Origin: Mobula hypostoma
Lineage: Eukaryota
Direction: 5' to 3'
Assembly (NCBI RefSeq): GCF_963921235.1
Contig: NC_086097.1
Span: 48,548,001 to 48,612,000, forward strand
DNA: 64,000 bases
Shown here: piece after piece, positions 51,082-64,000 of the stretch
Layout: the number at the start of each line of letters is the position of its first letter
Numbering within the stretch: position 1 is the stretch's first letter
Notes under the pieces: model-generated
Seen by the model: only the letters and a program-made list of their open reading frames with translations
Databases searched by the model: none
Told to the model about the DNA's origin: nothing
Position numbers and translations under genes: made by a program

Positions 51082-51836
51082 CAGCGGTCCCCAACCACCG
51101 GGCCACAGACTGGTACCGGGCCACCAGGAAACGATATGAGTCAGCTGCACCTTTCCTCATTCCCTGTCATGCACTGTTGAACTTGAACATAGGGCTGCCA
51201 ACTATCCTATATTTGCTGGGACATCCCGTATATTGGGCTAAATTGGTTTGTCCCGTACGGTCCCGCCCTTGTCCCGTATTTCCCCTGCTAAGGTAGAGCA
51301 TTCCTATGAAACCGTTCGTGCTGAAATGGCATAAAGCAAAGAAGCAATTACCATTAATTTATATGGGAAAAATCTTTGAGCATTCCCAGACCAAAAAAAA
51401 CCTACCAAATCATACCAAATAACACATAAAACCTAAAATAACACTAACATATAGTAAAAGCAGGAATGATATGATAAGTACACAGCCTATATAAAGTAGA
51501 AATAATGTATGTACAGTATAGTTGGGAAGATTAAGCTGAAACCGATTTGTGGGAAAAAAAATCGGCATGTACGCGCATACGCACACAGGTGCCCGCGCAA
51601 GACTTCATGGTCATGGTAGTCTTTCTCAGGGTAAATGCAAGTATCCCGTATTTGACTGCTACTTTTGTCCCTTATTTGGGAGTGAGAAAGTTGGCAACCC
51701 TAACTGTAAAAGACATGTTGAGGTGAGATTAACCCTACTTGAACACCCCCGCCCCCCCGCCACCGGTCGGCCGGTCCGCAAGAATATTGTCAATATTAAA
51801 CCGGTCTGGGGTGCAAAAAAAGGTTGGGGATGCCTG
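51082..51836. mobile_element. hAT (Charlie-like) MITE
   Basis: TIRs CAGCGGTCCCCAACC / GGTTGGGGATGCCTG. 8-bp TSD gcataaaa (51074-51081) / gcgtaaaa (51837-51844). Confidence 0.9.
51190..51737. mobile_element. Nested hAT (Tip100-like) MITE
   Basis: TIR TAGGGCTGCCAAC at 51190 and GTTGGCAACCCTA ending at 51702. Perfect 8-bp TSD cttgaaca at 51182-51189 / 51738-51745. Confidence 0.85.
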
Positions 51837-53044
51837 GCGTAAAACAATACTCCCTACCCCCTCAAAGCCAATGCTGCCTTACAGTTCTCTTCTGCCTTGG
51901 GAAATCTACTGTTCCTTATGTGTGAGTTTGGATCATGTGTAACTACATGAAATGATCAATGCCACATTTCATTCTTTCCCTCCCAGGCAACATGTTTTTG
52001 ACAGCACTGGACTATAACCCATCTCAGGATGCTGATTCTAACTTTAGGCCTTGCACTGATACATTTTTGCATCTGGGCATTGTTCAAGCCTTTAGTAAAA
52101 TTCAATACTTCCACATCACTGGCTTTCTCTGATTGTGTCACAACAGGCCAGTTCTGCTGAAAATCCATTCAACTCAGTTCTTTCCTGCTATGCTGGGCAT
52201 TCCCCAGTTCTGATTTTACACGTTCCTGTGTTTATATTAACTATATCAATCAGATAGCTCCTATCTGAGATATTCCCTTTAGCCTATCTATCCCACCTCA
52301 GGCCGATTTTTCAGCCTTTCCTGTACCATAAGGCCAGAAAAGGGTTTTGCACTGTTTGCTGATAATGAGTTCATACCTCCAACTAAAACAGAAATTGTCA
52401 AAAACACTCAGCCGGTAGTATCTGTGGAAAGAGAAATAAAGTTAACATTTTAGATCGACAATATATCAGTCCCTAAATGTGTTCATCTGGGACAATTTTC
52501 CCTCCTCTGCTTAGCTGGAGGGTAAAAATTCTAAGTTTACATTTAGATATTAAACCAGATAATTGTATCAGGAATGGCTGAGTGTGTCATTTATGCAAAT
52601 CTGGAAATCTGACTTAAACATTAAATATTCTGTATGGATGCCTTGGATGCATCCTGACTGAAGAGCATTTCCACCACTTTCAGGACTGGTCATCCTATAT
52701 GTTGACGCTCAGCGATTTAAAGTTGCTGACTTCCTCCACTGCTGATTCCCATTGTAACATGATACATGTGTCAAAATGCTAGAACTCCACCACGCCACAT
52801 ATAGGCCACATGAGGAAACTAATGATTATGGTAGGAGGCAATTCAATGATCTGGGTTGTTGGTGATCAGAAACCTGGAGAGAAGATGTTCTTGAGGTTCA
52901 CGAGAGACACTGGGGATCAGGCAGGTGTGAGGGTGGGCGTGTGTGTTGATGGTTGGTGACTGGAGCGGAGGACAGAGTGATGTGGGAAAAGGCAGTCAGT
53001 GGAAGAGGGATTATACTCTGCAGAGAAAGGTGAAATGATGACCA

Positions 53045-56030
53045 GGATCAGAATCAGGTTTAATGTCACTGGCATGTGCCATGAAATTTGTTGTTTTGAA
53101 GCAGCAGTACATTGCAAAACATAGCAATAAAAAATATAAATTACAATAAGTATATATAAAAATAAACAAGTAGTGCAAAAAGAGGGGGAAGAAATAAAGA
53201 GAAAAAATACTGAGATAGTGTACATGGGTTCATTGTCCATTCAGAAATCCAATAACAGAGGAGAAGAAGCTGTTCCTGAAACACTGAATATTTGTCTTCA
53301 GGCTCCTGTACCTCCTCCCTGATGGTAGCAATGAGAAGAGGGTATGTCCTGGGTGATGGGGTTCCTTAATAAAGAATGCCACCTTTTTGAGGCGTCACCT
53401 TTTGAAGGTGTCTTGGATGCTGGGGAGGCTCGCCCAATGAAGAAGCTGGCTGAGTTTACAACTTTCTGCAGCTTTTTCCAATCCTGTGCAGTGGCCCCTC
53501 CATGCATGCAACCAGCTAGAATGCTCTCCATGGTGCATCTGTCAGAGATGTTAAAATTGCTCACCTTTCCAATTCTGATCCCTCGATGAGGATTGCTGTG
53601 TGTTCGTTCGACTTACTCTTACTGGACCACAATCAGTTCCTTTGTCTTACTGATGTCGAGAGCCATCTCACGTGCCTAGCAACACAGTCGTGGGGGTAGA
53701 GAGAGTAGAGTAGTGTACTAAGCACACATCCTTGAGGTGCACCAGTGTTGCTTGTCAGCAAGAAAGAGATGTTATTTCCGATCTGCACAGACTGTGGTCT
53801 CCCAGTGAGGATGTCAAGGATCCATTTGCAGAGACAGGTGCAGAGCCTAGGTTTTGGAGCTTTTTGATTAGAACTGAGAGTATGATTTTGTTGAACGTTG
53901 AGCTGTAGTCAATAAGCATTGCTATTGTCTGGGTGATACAAGGATGAGCGGAGAGCCACTGAGATTGCATCCACTGTAGACCTATTGTGGTGATAGACAA
54001 ATTACAGTGGGTCAGGGTCCTTGCTTCAGCAGGAGGTGATTCTAGCCATGCCCAGCCTCTCAAAGCACTTCACCACAGTAATGTGGTGCCACTGGGCAAT
54101 AATCATTCAGGCAGCTCTTTCTGCTCTTCTCTGGCATTGGTATGATTGTCACCCTTTTGAAGCAATTGGAACCAACAACTGCAGCAGTGACAGATTGCAG
54201 ATGTCCCTGAACACTCCCAACAGTTGGTTAGCAGAGATTTTTAGATACACCATCAGGGTTTTATGCTTGCGAGGTTTCATCCTCTTGGAAGATGTTCTGA
54301 TATCAGCCGCAGAGACAAGATGAATGCTGCAGGGATTTGCATACAGTAAATCTAGTTTTATTCCCCCTTTCAAATCATGCATAAAAGGCATTTAGCTCAT
54401 CTGGGAGTGAAGCATCACTGCCATTCTTCATGTTATATTTCACTTTGTAGGAAGTAATCATGTGGAAACCCATTTCTGGATCACTGATCTTCAATGCTCT
54501 GATCTATCCTGAGCAGACTATGAATCTCCTGGTTCATCCACAGCTTTAGGTTTCAGTATGTCCGATATGTTCCTGAAAGCACACGCTCATCCACACAGGT
54601 TTTGATAAAGTCTGTGAGAACAGTGGTGTATTCCATCAGACTTGAACATGAATCCATGAATATTGTCCATTCCACCATCTTAAAGCTGTTCCCCCCGCTT
54701 CCCTTGACCGTACCTTCTTGATCTCACCATTGGCACTGCGGTCTTTATTCTCTGCCTATACACTGGGAGTAGAAGTACAGCCAGGACGTTTGGACTTCTC
54801 AAAGTGTGGTTGTGGGATGGCACAGTAAGCATTCTTGATGGTGCTATCATTGTGGTCAAGTGTGTTGACTCCTCTGGTTCCCCAGGTGATATGTTGATAT
54901 TTGTTCAGAGACCTTTTTCAGGAAAGAAGGCGGGGTGAAGTTAAGATGGAGCTAAACAGCGACTCCTTCGCTTGCATCTTTGGAAGCAGCTTTATTTCTA
55001 CCTTTGATATCTGTTTTTTTCCTTTTCAGGGTGTGGGCAGTTCCTTTGAAGACCCTGACCTGGAGTTACAATCAGTCTCTGGTTCTTTGTGAGAATGGGA
55101 CCCGCACTCAGGGCCTCACGACCGGCCGCTTTTATATATCCTAAGGACGTGGCCCGGAAGATGAGTGCGTTGCAGGATTCCGGGACTTCGTGGCTCTAGG
55201 GATGTGCTGATTCTAGGCTGGTGCCCCTGATTAAAGCATCACGGGAGAGCACGGAGCACCAGGCACAGTGGGTTAGCTGCCGGGGTTGTGTGTCCGGAGA
55301 GCTGTGCCTGTTTGGTGCCGACTCTCCGGGCATAGAGCTTGGAAAAAGAGATGCAACGGACTTTTAACATCGTAAATCAATGAGTTGTTTGTTATATCTC
55401 CCCTCTCGCTGTGAAACAGGGACACTTCTTTTTCCCTTATTAGAGAGGGAGAGAGGGAGGCTGATTTGATTAATTATTGTGTAAATGTGTAGTTTTTGGG
55501 GTATTGCAAGTTTGTGTCTTTATTGACACGTTGCTGCAACTCAAGTGCTCGGTGGAGGGTGCTGATGCTTTTTTGCTGGGCGGGGTGTCATTGCTTTGCT
55601 GCTCGTGCATGAGAGGGGGAGTTGGGGGGCTTCGAGGTTCTAACATTTTAACTGTCGTTCATTTTTTGGGGCACTCCTCTTTTTATGTGGATGTCTGCAA
55701 AGAAAAAGAATTTCAGGATGTATATTGTATGCATTTCTCTGACATTAAGTGCAGCTATTGAAGCTGGCCTGGTTGAAATCCACCACAGTGATAGGGAAGA
55801 CATCAGGGTGTGCTGTCTTGTATCTGCTGATTATGGAACTTAGCTCCTTCAGTGCCTGCCTAACATTGGCCTGAAGTTGAACGTGCACCACTACAAGGAT
55901 GATGGTCCATCAGCAGATAAAAAGAATGACCTTTGACCTCTAGATGTTCCAGTTTGGGTGAGCAGGACTAAGACAGAACTGCCATGTTTGTGCACCACGA
56001 TGAGTTAATGTTCTGCTTTTAAGCATGTTC
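53045..56030 (-). mobile_element. Long, heavily decayed and deleted Rex1/Babar-type LINE, interrupted by 54921-55761
   Basis: [21 protein letters not shown] and ANQLLGVFRDICNLSL on the minus strand; endonuclease-region remnants at 54780-54920 and 55763-55990. Confidence 0.75.
54921..55761 (+). mobile_element. Non-autonomous retroelement inserted into the Rex LINE
   Basis: AAGATGGAG near the 5' end; GC-rich body; 3' end gaatttcaggatgtatattgtatgcatttctctgacattaa. Host sequence rejoins across it. Confidence 0.65.
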
Positions 56031-56081
56031 TTTTGAAATGACTGAGGCCAGAAGCAGATAATTGGGAAATTTGGAGATTTC

Positions 56082-57371
56082 CCTGGAGAGGCTTGTTCCG
56101 GAGCTGCCCCCGCCTATGGTCAGGCCACACTTAGATCCCCTCCAGTTCGCCTACCAGCCCCAACTAGGAGTTGAGAATGCCATTGCCTACCTGCTGAACT
56201 GTGTCTATGCCCACCTGGACAAGCCAGCGAGCACTGTGAGGGTCATGTTTTTTGACTTCTCCAGTGTGTTCAACACCATCCGCCCTGTTCTGCTGGGGGA
56301 GAAGCTGACAGCGATGCAGGTGGATGCTTCCCTGGTGTCATGGATTCTTGATTACCTGACTGGCAGACCACAGTACGTGTGCTTGCAACACTGTGTGCCC
56401 GACAGAGTGATCAGCAACACTGGGGCTCCACAGGGGACTGTCTTGTCTCCCTTTCTCTTCACCATTTACACCTCGGACTTCAACTACTGCACAGAGCCTT
56501 GTCATCTTCAGAAGTTTTCTGATGACTCTGTCATAGTTGGATGCATCAGCAAGGGAGGTGAGGCTGAGTACAGGGCTACGGTAGGAAACTTTGTCACATG
56601 GTGTGAGCAGAATTATCTGCAGCTTAATGTGAAAAAGACTAAGGAGCTGGTGGTAAACCTGAGGAGAGATGAGGTACTGGCGACCCCTGTTTCCATCCAG
56701 GGGGTCAGTGAGGACATGGTGGAGGATTACAAATACCTGGGGATACGAATTGACAATAAACTGGACTGGTCAAAGAACACTGAGGCTGTCTACAAGAAGA
56801 GTCAGAGCCGTCTCCATTTCCTGAGGAGACTGAGGTCCTTTAACATCTGCCGGACGATGCTGAGGATGTTCTACGAGTCTGTGGTGGCCAGTGCGATCAT
56901 GTTTGCTGTTGTGTGCTGGGGCAGCAGGCTGAGGGTAGCAGACACCAACAGAATCAACAAACTCATTCGTAAGGCCAGTGATGTTGTGGGGATGGAACTG
57001 GACTCTCTGATGATGGTGTCTGAAAAGAGGATGCTGTCCAAGTTGCATGCCATCTTGGACAATGTCTCCCATCCACTACATAATGTACTGGGTGGGCACA
57101 GGAATACATTCAGCCAGAGACTCATTCCACCGAGATGCAACACAGAGCGTCATAGGAAGTCATTCCTGCCTGTGGCCATCAAACTTTACAACTCCTCCTT
57201 TGGAGGGTCAGACACCCTGAGCCAATAGGCTGGTCCTAGATATTTCCTGGCATAATTTACATATTACTATTTAACTATTTATGGTTTTATTACTATTTAA
57301 TTATTTATGGTGCAACTGCAACGAAAACCAATTTCCCTGGGGATCAATAAAGTATGACTATGACTATGACT
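56082..57371 (+). mobile_element. Young 5'-truncated Rex1 LINE with uninterrupted 388-aa RT ORF (56062-57228)
   Basis: LDPLQFAYQP, MFFDFSSVFNTIRP, TGAPQGTVLSPFLF, LQKFSDDS and YKYLG; (TATGAC)n tail at 57353-57371. Confidence 0.95.
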
Positions 57372-60300
57372 CCTTACATTGTTCTATTTATCATGAGTGT
57401 CTTTAGCAATCTCAGAAAAATCCTTACCCTTTCTTCCCAACAAGCAAGCAGCTAATCAAACGTTGTGTGAAGCCTCTTGATCACCGGAGGAATATTTAGT
57501 TCCATTTGGACTTCAAATTCAGATTTGGAAGCACATAATGGAGACCACGTGCTATGGTGAAGAAGGTGAAAAAAATATTTACTTAAATCCATCTCCAGTA
57601 AATACCACAAGGAATGCCTTAAAAATGAGAAGTAGGTCCACATCCACCTCTGGAGAGCAATAAATGCCATATTTGGCGACTCACTGTGGGCATATGGCAT
57701 TCAAGTCAGATTGGCCTCTGACTATTACACTTCACTAGTTGCCAGCTGACTACAGCAAAACACATATCTTACATATTTGCGAACACAATGTTGTGTCTTC
57801 TGTAAGATCAATGAAATTGAAGGCAATCACATTTACAGAATTTCCTGAAACCTTTCTGGAGCCCCATGCCACTTTGCTTGTCATCGAATGAAATCTTTCA
57901 TAAATTTGCTCTGTTCTCAGACAGGCTTTTCAGATACCGGAGTATAGTTCTGCAGCAAAGGACTCAGTTCTTTGGTGCTCACTTCTAAATAAGAAAGAGT
58001 TGGAGCTATGGAATCAAAGGCTGGAATTTACTGTGTATGCCAACCTTTGCTAAAATAAAGGGGTAAATAACAGTGACGAAAAACAAGAGGAGGTTGGTGA
58101 TGATGGCATGGAAGTGGGGTGGGGGGTGGAGAGATGGAAATTTGCCTTTGGAAGCTAGTACTCATCATGAATTTGAGTATCAGCTGCTGGTCACAGTCAC
58201 CTCTACACGTTCGGCTCAATGTTCAGCATCACAGCCAGAGAGGAGTTTCTCTATTGTTTATACTGGTGCAATACTGGAAAACAACTGGAAGAAAGGATGT
58301 TTGCAAAAGTTCAAAGCAGTTCATTCGGCCTCAGGGACAAAAAAAGCTTTGTCCATTTGAAGAACTCTCATTGTTATGTGCCATATATTAAGTGTACATT
58401 AGTTCCTCACAGCAGTCAGTTCTGGATGTGGATAACAGATATGTGACTGAAACAGTTCTATCATCCAGGAATCTTCATCAAGCACACCCAAGATATTAAC
58501 TAGATATGTGTGACACAGCTGTAATCACACCCTCCAGTGCAATCTACTTTATTATATATCACTTGAAATTGAAGTTTAAAATATTGATGTAAATGGACTT
58601 GCTGAATTATTCATTACAATGACTGAATCTGAATGTAGACTTTTCAATCTGTATTGCCGCTTTTGGAATTTCCTTGCATTTCTGTTTCTCACCCTTTCTT
58701 CAGTAATCTTTAGTTCAGAGCATATAGCGTAGTACAGGCACCCACACTGTAACCAGATAAGTTTCATCACAAACAGGATATCTAACTGATTTCCTCACGG
58801 GACAGCCAAGAACTTCCACTAAGTCATCCCCAGAGAATCTCGCACCAGTGTTCAAAAAAGGAAGGAAAGGAGGCAGATGCACAGAATGGTTGAGCATATA
58901 AATTTAAAGATCTATTAAAATGATCAAGTAGGAGACAATAAAGAGCGTGACATGCTATAGGTACAGAAATAAAATGTGAATGCTTTTTATAATCTATAAT
59001 TATGTTGGATAAAGTGCAAGCCATTCCACTGAGATATTGCTGGACAGCCATTACTGTCATTTGAAGAACAAAATTCATCCAGTAAAAAAAAAATGGATTT
59101 CAACTCCATACTTTTATAATTTTAATTTAAGTTTGGTAATTAATTCGCACATTACAGTAGAAGGGCCTTTGTATTCAAACAGCCTTTTATTCCATCATTT
59201 CTGTAGACAAATGCAGGCTCCCTATGATGAATTGAATAGCTTTCGGTGCAAAGTGCCAAATTAATGCAAATCATTTTGAAAAGTTAATCTTCTTGGGGGC
59301 AGAGTTCATAGGTTGTGAATGAGCTGTTTTTCAGCATGAGGCCATTTGCAAAAACAATTTTCTACATTATTTATCTTGCCATTTCTCTTCACATTAGTCT
59401 TTTAAGTATCACTTTGCATAATCATTATTGCACTCTGTCTTAGTTCTGCTTTACAATGATATTGGTTTTCTTCACCAAACCATAAAAGAAAATTTCATAG
59501 TTTAGACTTGTATTATAACAAGATCTCAATGGTGCAATAAATGTAATCAAAGTAAATATGCCTTCCAGCAGGGTTATCGTTTTAGCAGATTCCCAGAGTT
59601 CCTGGCAGGCTGCTTTCTGTGGGAATTATCAAAAAATCCACACTTTTTATTATACTTGCAGTATCCTGAAATCCTGCCCCATTGCCTGGAGAACAGATTC
59701 CTCAATAGGTGAGGCTGCTGTGTGAAGAGTGACCGAGTCAACTATTGGCGCCTGTGACAGGTGGGACTGGTACTACTGCTTGCAAACAGGGGCCAAGGGC
59801 ATCACTGTAGATGGTAGCACCCATGACGATTGACCTGCATGGCAACCCTGACATCAACCAAAATAGACTGTGCCTTATTGCCAGAGGGAGAGATTGTGTG
59901 CATTTAAATTCATGTACTGAGCCCTCCCACCCTTAAAGTCCATGAACGTGCCATGAATCTTTTCTGCAGTGGTCATTGGCAGCAGACAAGTAAAACTGTC
60001 CGCCTACCCTCTGACGCATGTCAAATACTACAGCTGTCCAGGAAAGGCAGCTGCTTGACATGCTGAGAGCTGCTGGCATTTACTGATTTTATTTCAGATT
60101 TCCAGCTTTCACACAAAAACATTTTGCTTTTGTATGAAATTGTTCAGCTTCCAGAGCTCCGAGCCCCTGAGCTGGCCTTCGGAGTTGCTCCTGGAATAGA
60201 AATATGCTTTGAAATCTGTTTTAAAAAGTCTCTTTGGTCCCAGCATGCCAGCCGACAGTCTGCTGCCAGCAGAGGGTTCTCAGCTTGTGCTCCAAAGCCC

Positions 60301-60864
60301 GTTAACGCTAAATATCAGATACACTCTCAGTTCTGCGGCAAGACCCCCGGAGTGGATGAACTGCAGATTCTCTGTGAAACCCATCTCCAAATGAGCTGAC
60401 GTAACACCAGGTTCTCTGAGAGCGACTCGTGAGCAATAGGCAGTCTATTTGCTAGGCTGAGACATCTGGACCCAACTGTTTCAGTGAGCACTGATTCTGG
60501 AAGGGCATTAACCCAGAGGATCCCAGTCTGAGCCAAGCCTGTGAGAAGTAAATTTCCTTGGGAACTACTAATAAGTCATTCAAAGTTCTCCACGCTGCGA
60601 TTCTGAGAGGTAAGGAACAAGAAATTCCACTGCACGGCGTAATGTGCTTGGTCACTGCAGGAAGGAATTTTTATCAGAAGCCAATTCAGATGGCCTGTTG
60701 CATGTTCTTGTCCTGACACCTTCATGCATAACGGCACATTTACATGGCAACTGCCGGGCTTGAGTGGTGAAGTCACATGTCCTCATTTTCCCGATGGATC
60801 CCAGATCTTCCTAATAATTTTCTTAACATATCCCATTTTTTCACCTTCCCAACCATGTGCCATA

Positions 60865-61330
60865 CTACTGACCCCAGCCCCATTTAATCACCCTTGACTC
60901 AATCCTGATCCCATCTCCAGAAGATGATGACTTACTTCACCCATATTCTCTACCTGATTTGATCACCCTTGGCGCAAGTCCTAATAGATCACCCCTGATC
61001 CCAGCCCCAACCCTGCTCTTATGACCACCCCAATTTCAGCATCTGTTTCTCCCAAGATGACTATCCCAACCTTTCCCCAGGACTGACTTTGGTCCTGACT
61101 AATCATCCTCAATCCTGACCCTGACTACCACTGCCAATCTCGATTGCAGCCTTGAACAACACAGTCCTAAACATAGCCTGCTCCCATGGTCAACAGCTCA
61201 TCTCTGAACCAGTCCTAACAGGTCATCCCCTGACCTAATGCTCCCAGTCAGACACAGGGACCCCAACTTGATAACCCCAATATCTTTAATCCTCCAACTC
61301 TGTTCCAAGTTCCTGACCCTCTTCAATTCA
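60865..61330. repeat. C-rich low-complexity degenerate repeat
   Basis: Recurrent cctgacc / ctgatccc / atcaccc words. Confidence 0.55.
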
Positions 61331-61679
61331 TTCCTGCAATTTGCCATCCAGGTGATTTCCTAAACCATATCTGCAGAAGCAGGTACTTGTGGATGAAAGG
61401 CAAATCTGCACAATTAAAGCTACAACCTTATGCTATCATCACAACATTTTGAGGCTTGCTTACAATGGAGTATCAGTGGATTACATTAACAGGAGCCCCA
61501 CAATATCCCCACCCACAACTCACCTCCACAAAATGCAGTGCCATTTTAAAGTTCCTTTTCAAGTGCTGCATAGTGGCTGGAATGAGTACTCCTGGTGAGG
61601 CTGTGCAGAAAAGGCAAGGATAGCCATGTGAATAGCGTGTATTGCAAACTGCATTTGGGTTTTAGACACCAATAGCAAA

Positions 61680-62525
61680 GTTTAAAGTTGAAAGTTCAAA
61701 TGTATTATTAAAGTATGTATATCATATACAACCTTGAGTCTCTTCTTCTTGCAGGCACTCACAAAACAAAGAAATGCAACAAAACCGCCGCGCATCCGAT
61801 TTGCAAAAAAGGAGAAGTGGCGCAGAGAGCAAAAAGGTAACTAAAAACACATGGAACATGAACTGCAGAGTTCCTGAAGGTGAGTCCACAGCTGTGGAGT
61901 CTGTTCAGCGCTGAGACAAGTGAAGCTGGTCCAGAAGTCCGATGGCTGCAGGGCACCAACTGCTCCTGTACCTGGCGGTGTGGGACCCAAGACTCCTGCA
62001 CCTTCCGCCTAGCAGTAATAGTGAGAAGAGAGGCAGGCCAGTCAAACACAGGCAAACATTGCTAAATACCTGTTCATTTTCCACTTTTGATGAACCACAG
62101 GTTTGTCTGGTTCGCCTGACAGTAGTAGTGAGAAGAGAGGGAGACCAGTCACAGGTAGATGTCGCTGAACAGCTGTCCATTTTTGCCTTTTGTCCTCGAC
62201 AATTTTAATCTTGTTCAACACTTAAATCTCTGTAGAGTAATGGAGCTGATCACGGGTTTGTCTTCCACTACCAGACCTTCACACAACATCAACCACCTCC
62301 AATGGCTGTCCTGACCTTACATGCACTCTCGAGGGTCTAGTTCATTGAATCTCCAGGAGACTGCAGAAGTGTCAATCATTTGGTCAGTTCAAAAGTACGT
62401 CCTTAAAAGGGAAATTACATGCCACAGACAGTAGCAACTGCAGTTCAAAGAAGAACATCTACTAGGGTATCGAGAGTTTTGTGAGCTATTTACAAAAGAT
62501 TGCCATTGGTCACCGGCCCCAATTT
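61680..62525 (-). mobile_element. Rex-tailed LINE fragment or non-autonomous derivative
   Basis: aaagttgaaagttcaaatgtattattaaagta tail; HTARYRSSWCP (TRFRNS-like); followed by a non-coding 5' portion. Confidence 0.55.
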
Positions 62526-62874
62526 TTCCCTACTCCCCCACCCTTGTCCTCTCTGAAACTTAGTTACAATCGGCAGCTACTTACCTTTTTGGAGGGTATC
62601 AGACCATAAGAGAATAAGACATAGGAGCAGAATTAGGCCATTCGGCCCTATTTTAGGAGCTGTTGGTTTTGCGTTATGTATGCAAGTGTCTGGTGCTGCT
62701 AGATGGAGACAGGTATGGTCACAGAATTAAAGAACTCTTCCCTTTCATTTCCTACACATTCCATATTCCAGGTTTTGCCGAAGTGATTGTTATTTTAGGG
62801 TATTATCTTCACACATTCTATTATTGGGAATATTGATTCCACCTGACCTTGAATCCATAGGGCAGCTTTAATTC

Positions 62875-63352
62875 ATGGCACAATACAGATGGAATACTGT
62901 GTAGGGAAGTGTATGGTCATGCACGTTTGTAGAAAGAATAAAGGTGTAGACTATTTTCTAAGTGAGGAGAAAATTCAGAAATCAGAGCTGCAGAGGGATT
63001 TAGGAGTCCTAGTGCAGGATTCCCTAAAGGTTAACTTGCAGGTGGAGCTGGTTGTAAGGAAGGCAATGCAATGTAAGCATTCATTTTGAAGGTTAGAATA
63101 TGAAAGCAAGGATGTAATGCTGAGGTTTTATAAGGCATTTGTTGGACTGTATTTGGAATATGGTGAGCAGTTTTGGATGCCTCATCTAGAAAAGATGTGC
63201 TGGCATTGGAGACAGTAGGAGAAGGTTTGCAAGAATACTCCTAGGAATGAAAAAGTTAATTTATAAGGAGCACTTGATGGCTCTAGGCCAATACTTTCTG
63301 GTGTTTAGAAGAATGAGGGAAGCTCTCATTGAAGCCTATTGAATGTTGAAAG
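62875..63352 (+). mobile_element. CR1 fragment (post-RT region)
   Basis: MEY..GKCMVMH...QRDLGVLVQDSLKVNLQVELVVRKA; colinear with 16545-17000. Confidence 0.85.
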
Positions 63353-63354
63353 GC

Positions 63355-64000
63355 TGTCTGGCCCATTACTTATCACGGCCTCTTGGAGTGCTGAAAGGTG
63401 AGCTGTCTACCTAGGAGATGCCTATCGACCTTGAAAGCCTCATTACTCTGGCTGTCTGTATTGACAAGCACCTTATGAAACGACCCTCCAGGTCACTACC
63501 AATGCCTCTAGAATGCAGGTAGTCAGGCAGAGCTTCCGTAACCCCAGCAGGAGCACGAGAGTTAGTGGAGAAACAACTTGTGCACCTACTACAGAGCAGT
63601 GGAACACCAAGGCATCAAATACCCATTGTGTCTGGGAAAATGGCACCTCCAGGTAGAGATGAGTGGCCTCTGATCTGGCAAGCTCTTCCTGGCCCGACGT
63701 TCCATCACCATAGTCTGTCTCACTCATTCTGCCGTCATGCACACTCCGTCTGCCCTACACGCCCAGGAAGCTCTGGTGGATACAGACACTGCAGACAGCT
63801 TTCTGGATTGGACTCTGCACATAGCTTGAAATCCCTACCGAGCCTGTCTCTCACCCCTTCAACATCATGGCGATTGATGGACATCCCTCGCGGTCTGGGA
63901 CTGTCAGTGTGTGCACATGAGCTCAGAGAACACTGCGAATGCATTCATTCCTTCTGACTGAATCACCCAACACTCCTCTCATCCTGGCTACTCCTGACTC
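63355..64000 (+). pseudogene. Sushi-like Gypsy gag-protease fragment (runs off the window)
   Basis: LKGELST.EMPIDLESLITLAVCIDKHL; degenerate knuckle LCTYYRAVEHQGIKYP; GGGAAAA at 63634-63640; protease-like ALVDTD..DSFLD at 63770-63810. Confidence 0.75.

Noticed and set aside
60124..60655. Cluster of short ORFs in moderately GC-rich unique sequence
   Set aside because: No recognisable domain or consistent splice structure.

Overview
Repeat-dense, non-coding vertebrate genomic DNA. The repeat families point to a cartilaginous fish, probably a ray; this is inferred from recalled family consensus sequences, not from a database search. I cannot support any host protein-coding exon. Every long ORF comes from a decayed transposable element: CR1 and Rex1/Babar-type LINEs, one Nimb/I-group LINE with RNase H, one HERO-type RLE LINE, and two Gypsy internal fragments. 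The window also holds five solo LTRs with target-site duplications (TSDs), a nested pair of hAT MITEs, DeuSINE and V-SINE remnants, and non-autonomous YY1-headed retroelements. The most interesting signal is a family of short Penelope-type insertions carrying a minimal, probably dimer-dependent hammerhead ribozyme motif (best copy 45433-45470). Several of these fold back into palindromes and have 12-14 bp TSDs. Other oddities are a hAT element whose TSD lies beyond its true TIR, two LINE 3' tails fused head-to-head into a MITE-like inverted repeat, a 5S rRNA-like fragment and a long unassigned hairpin. Boundaries of old repeats are approximate.
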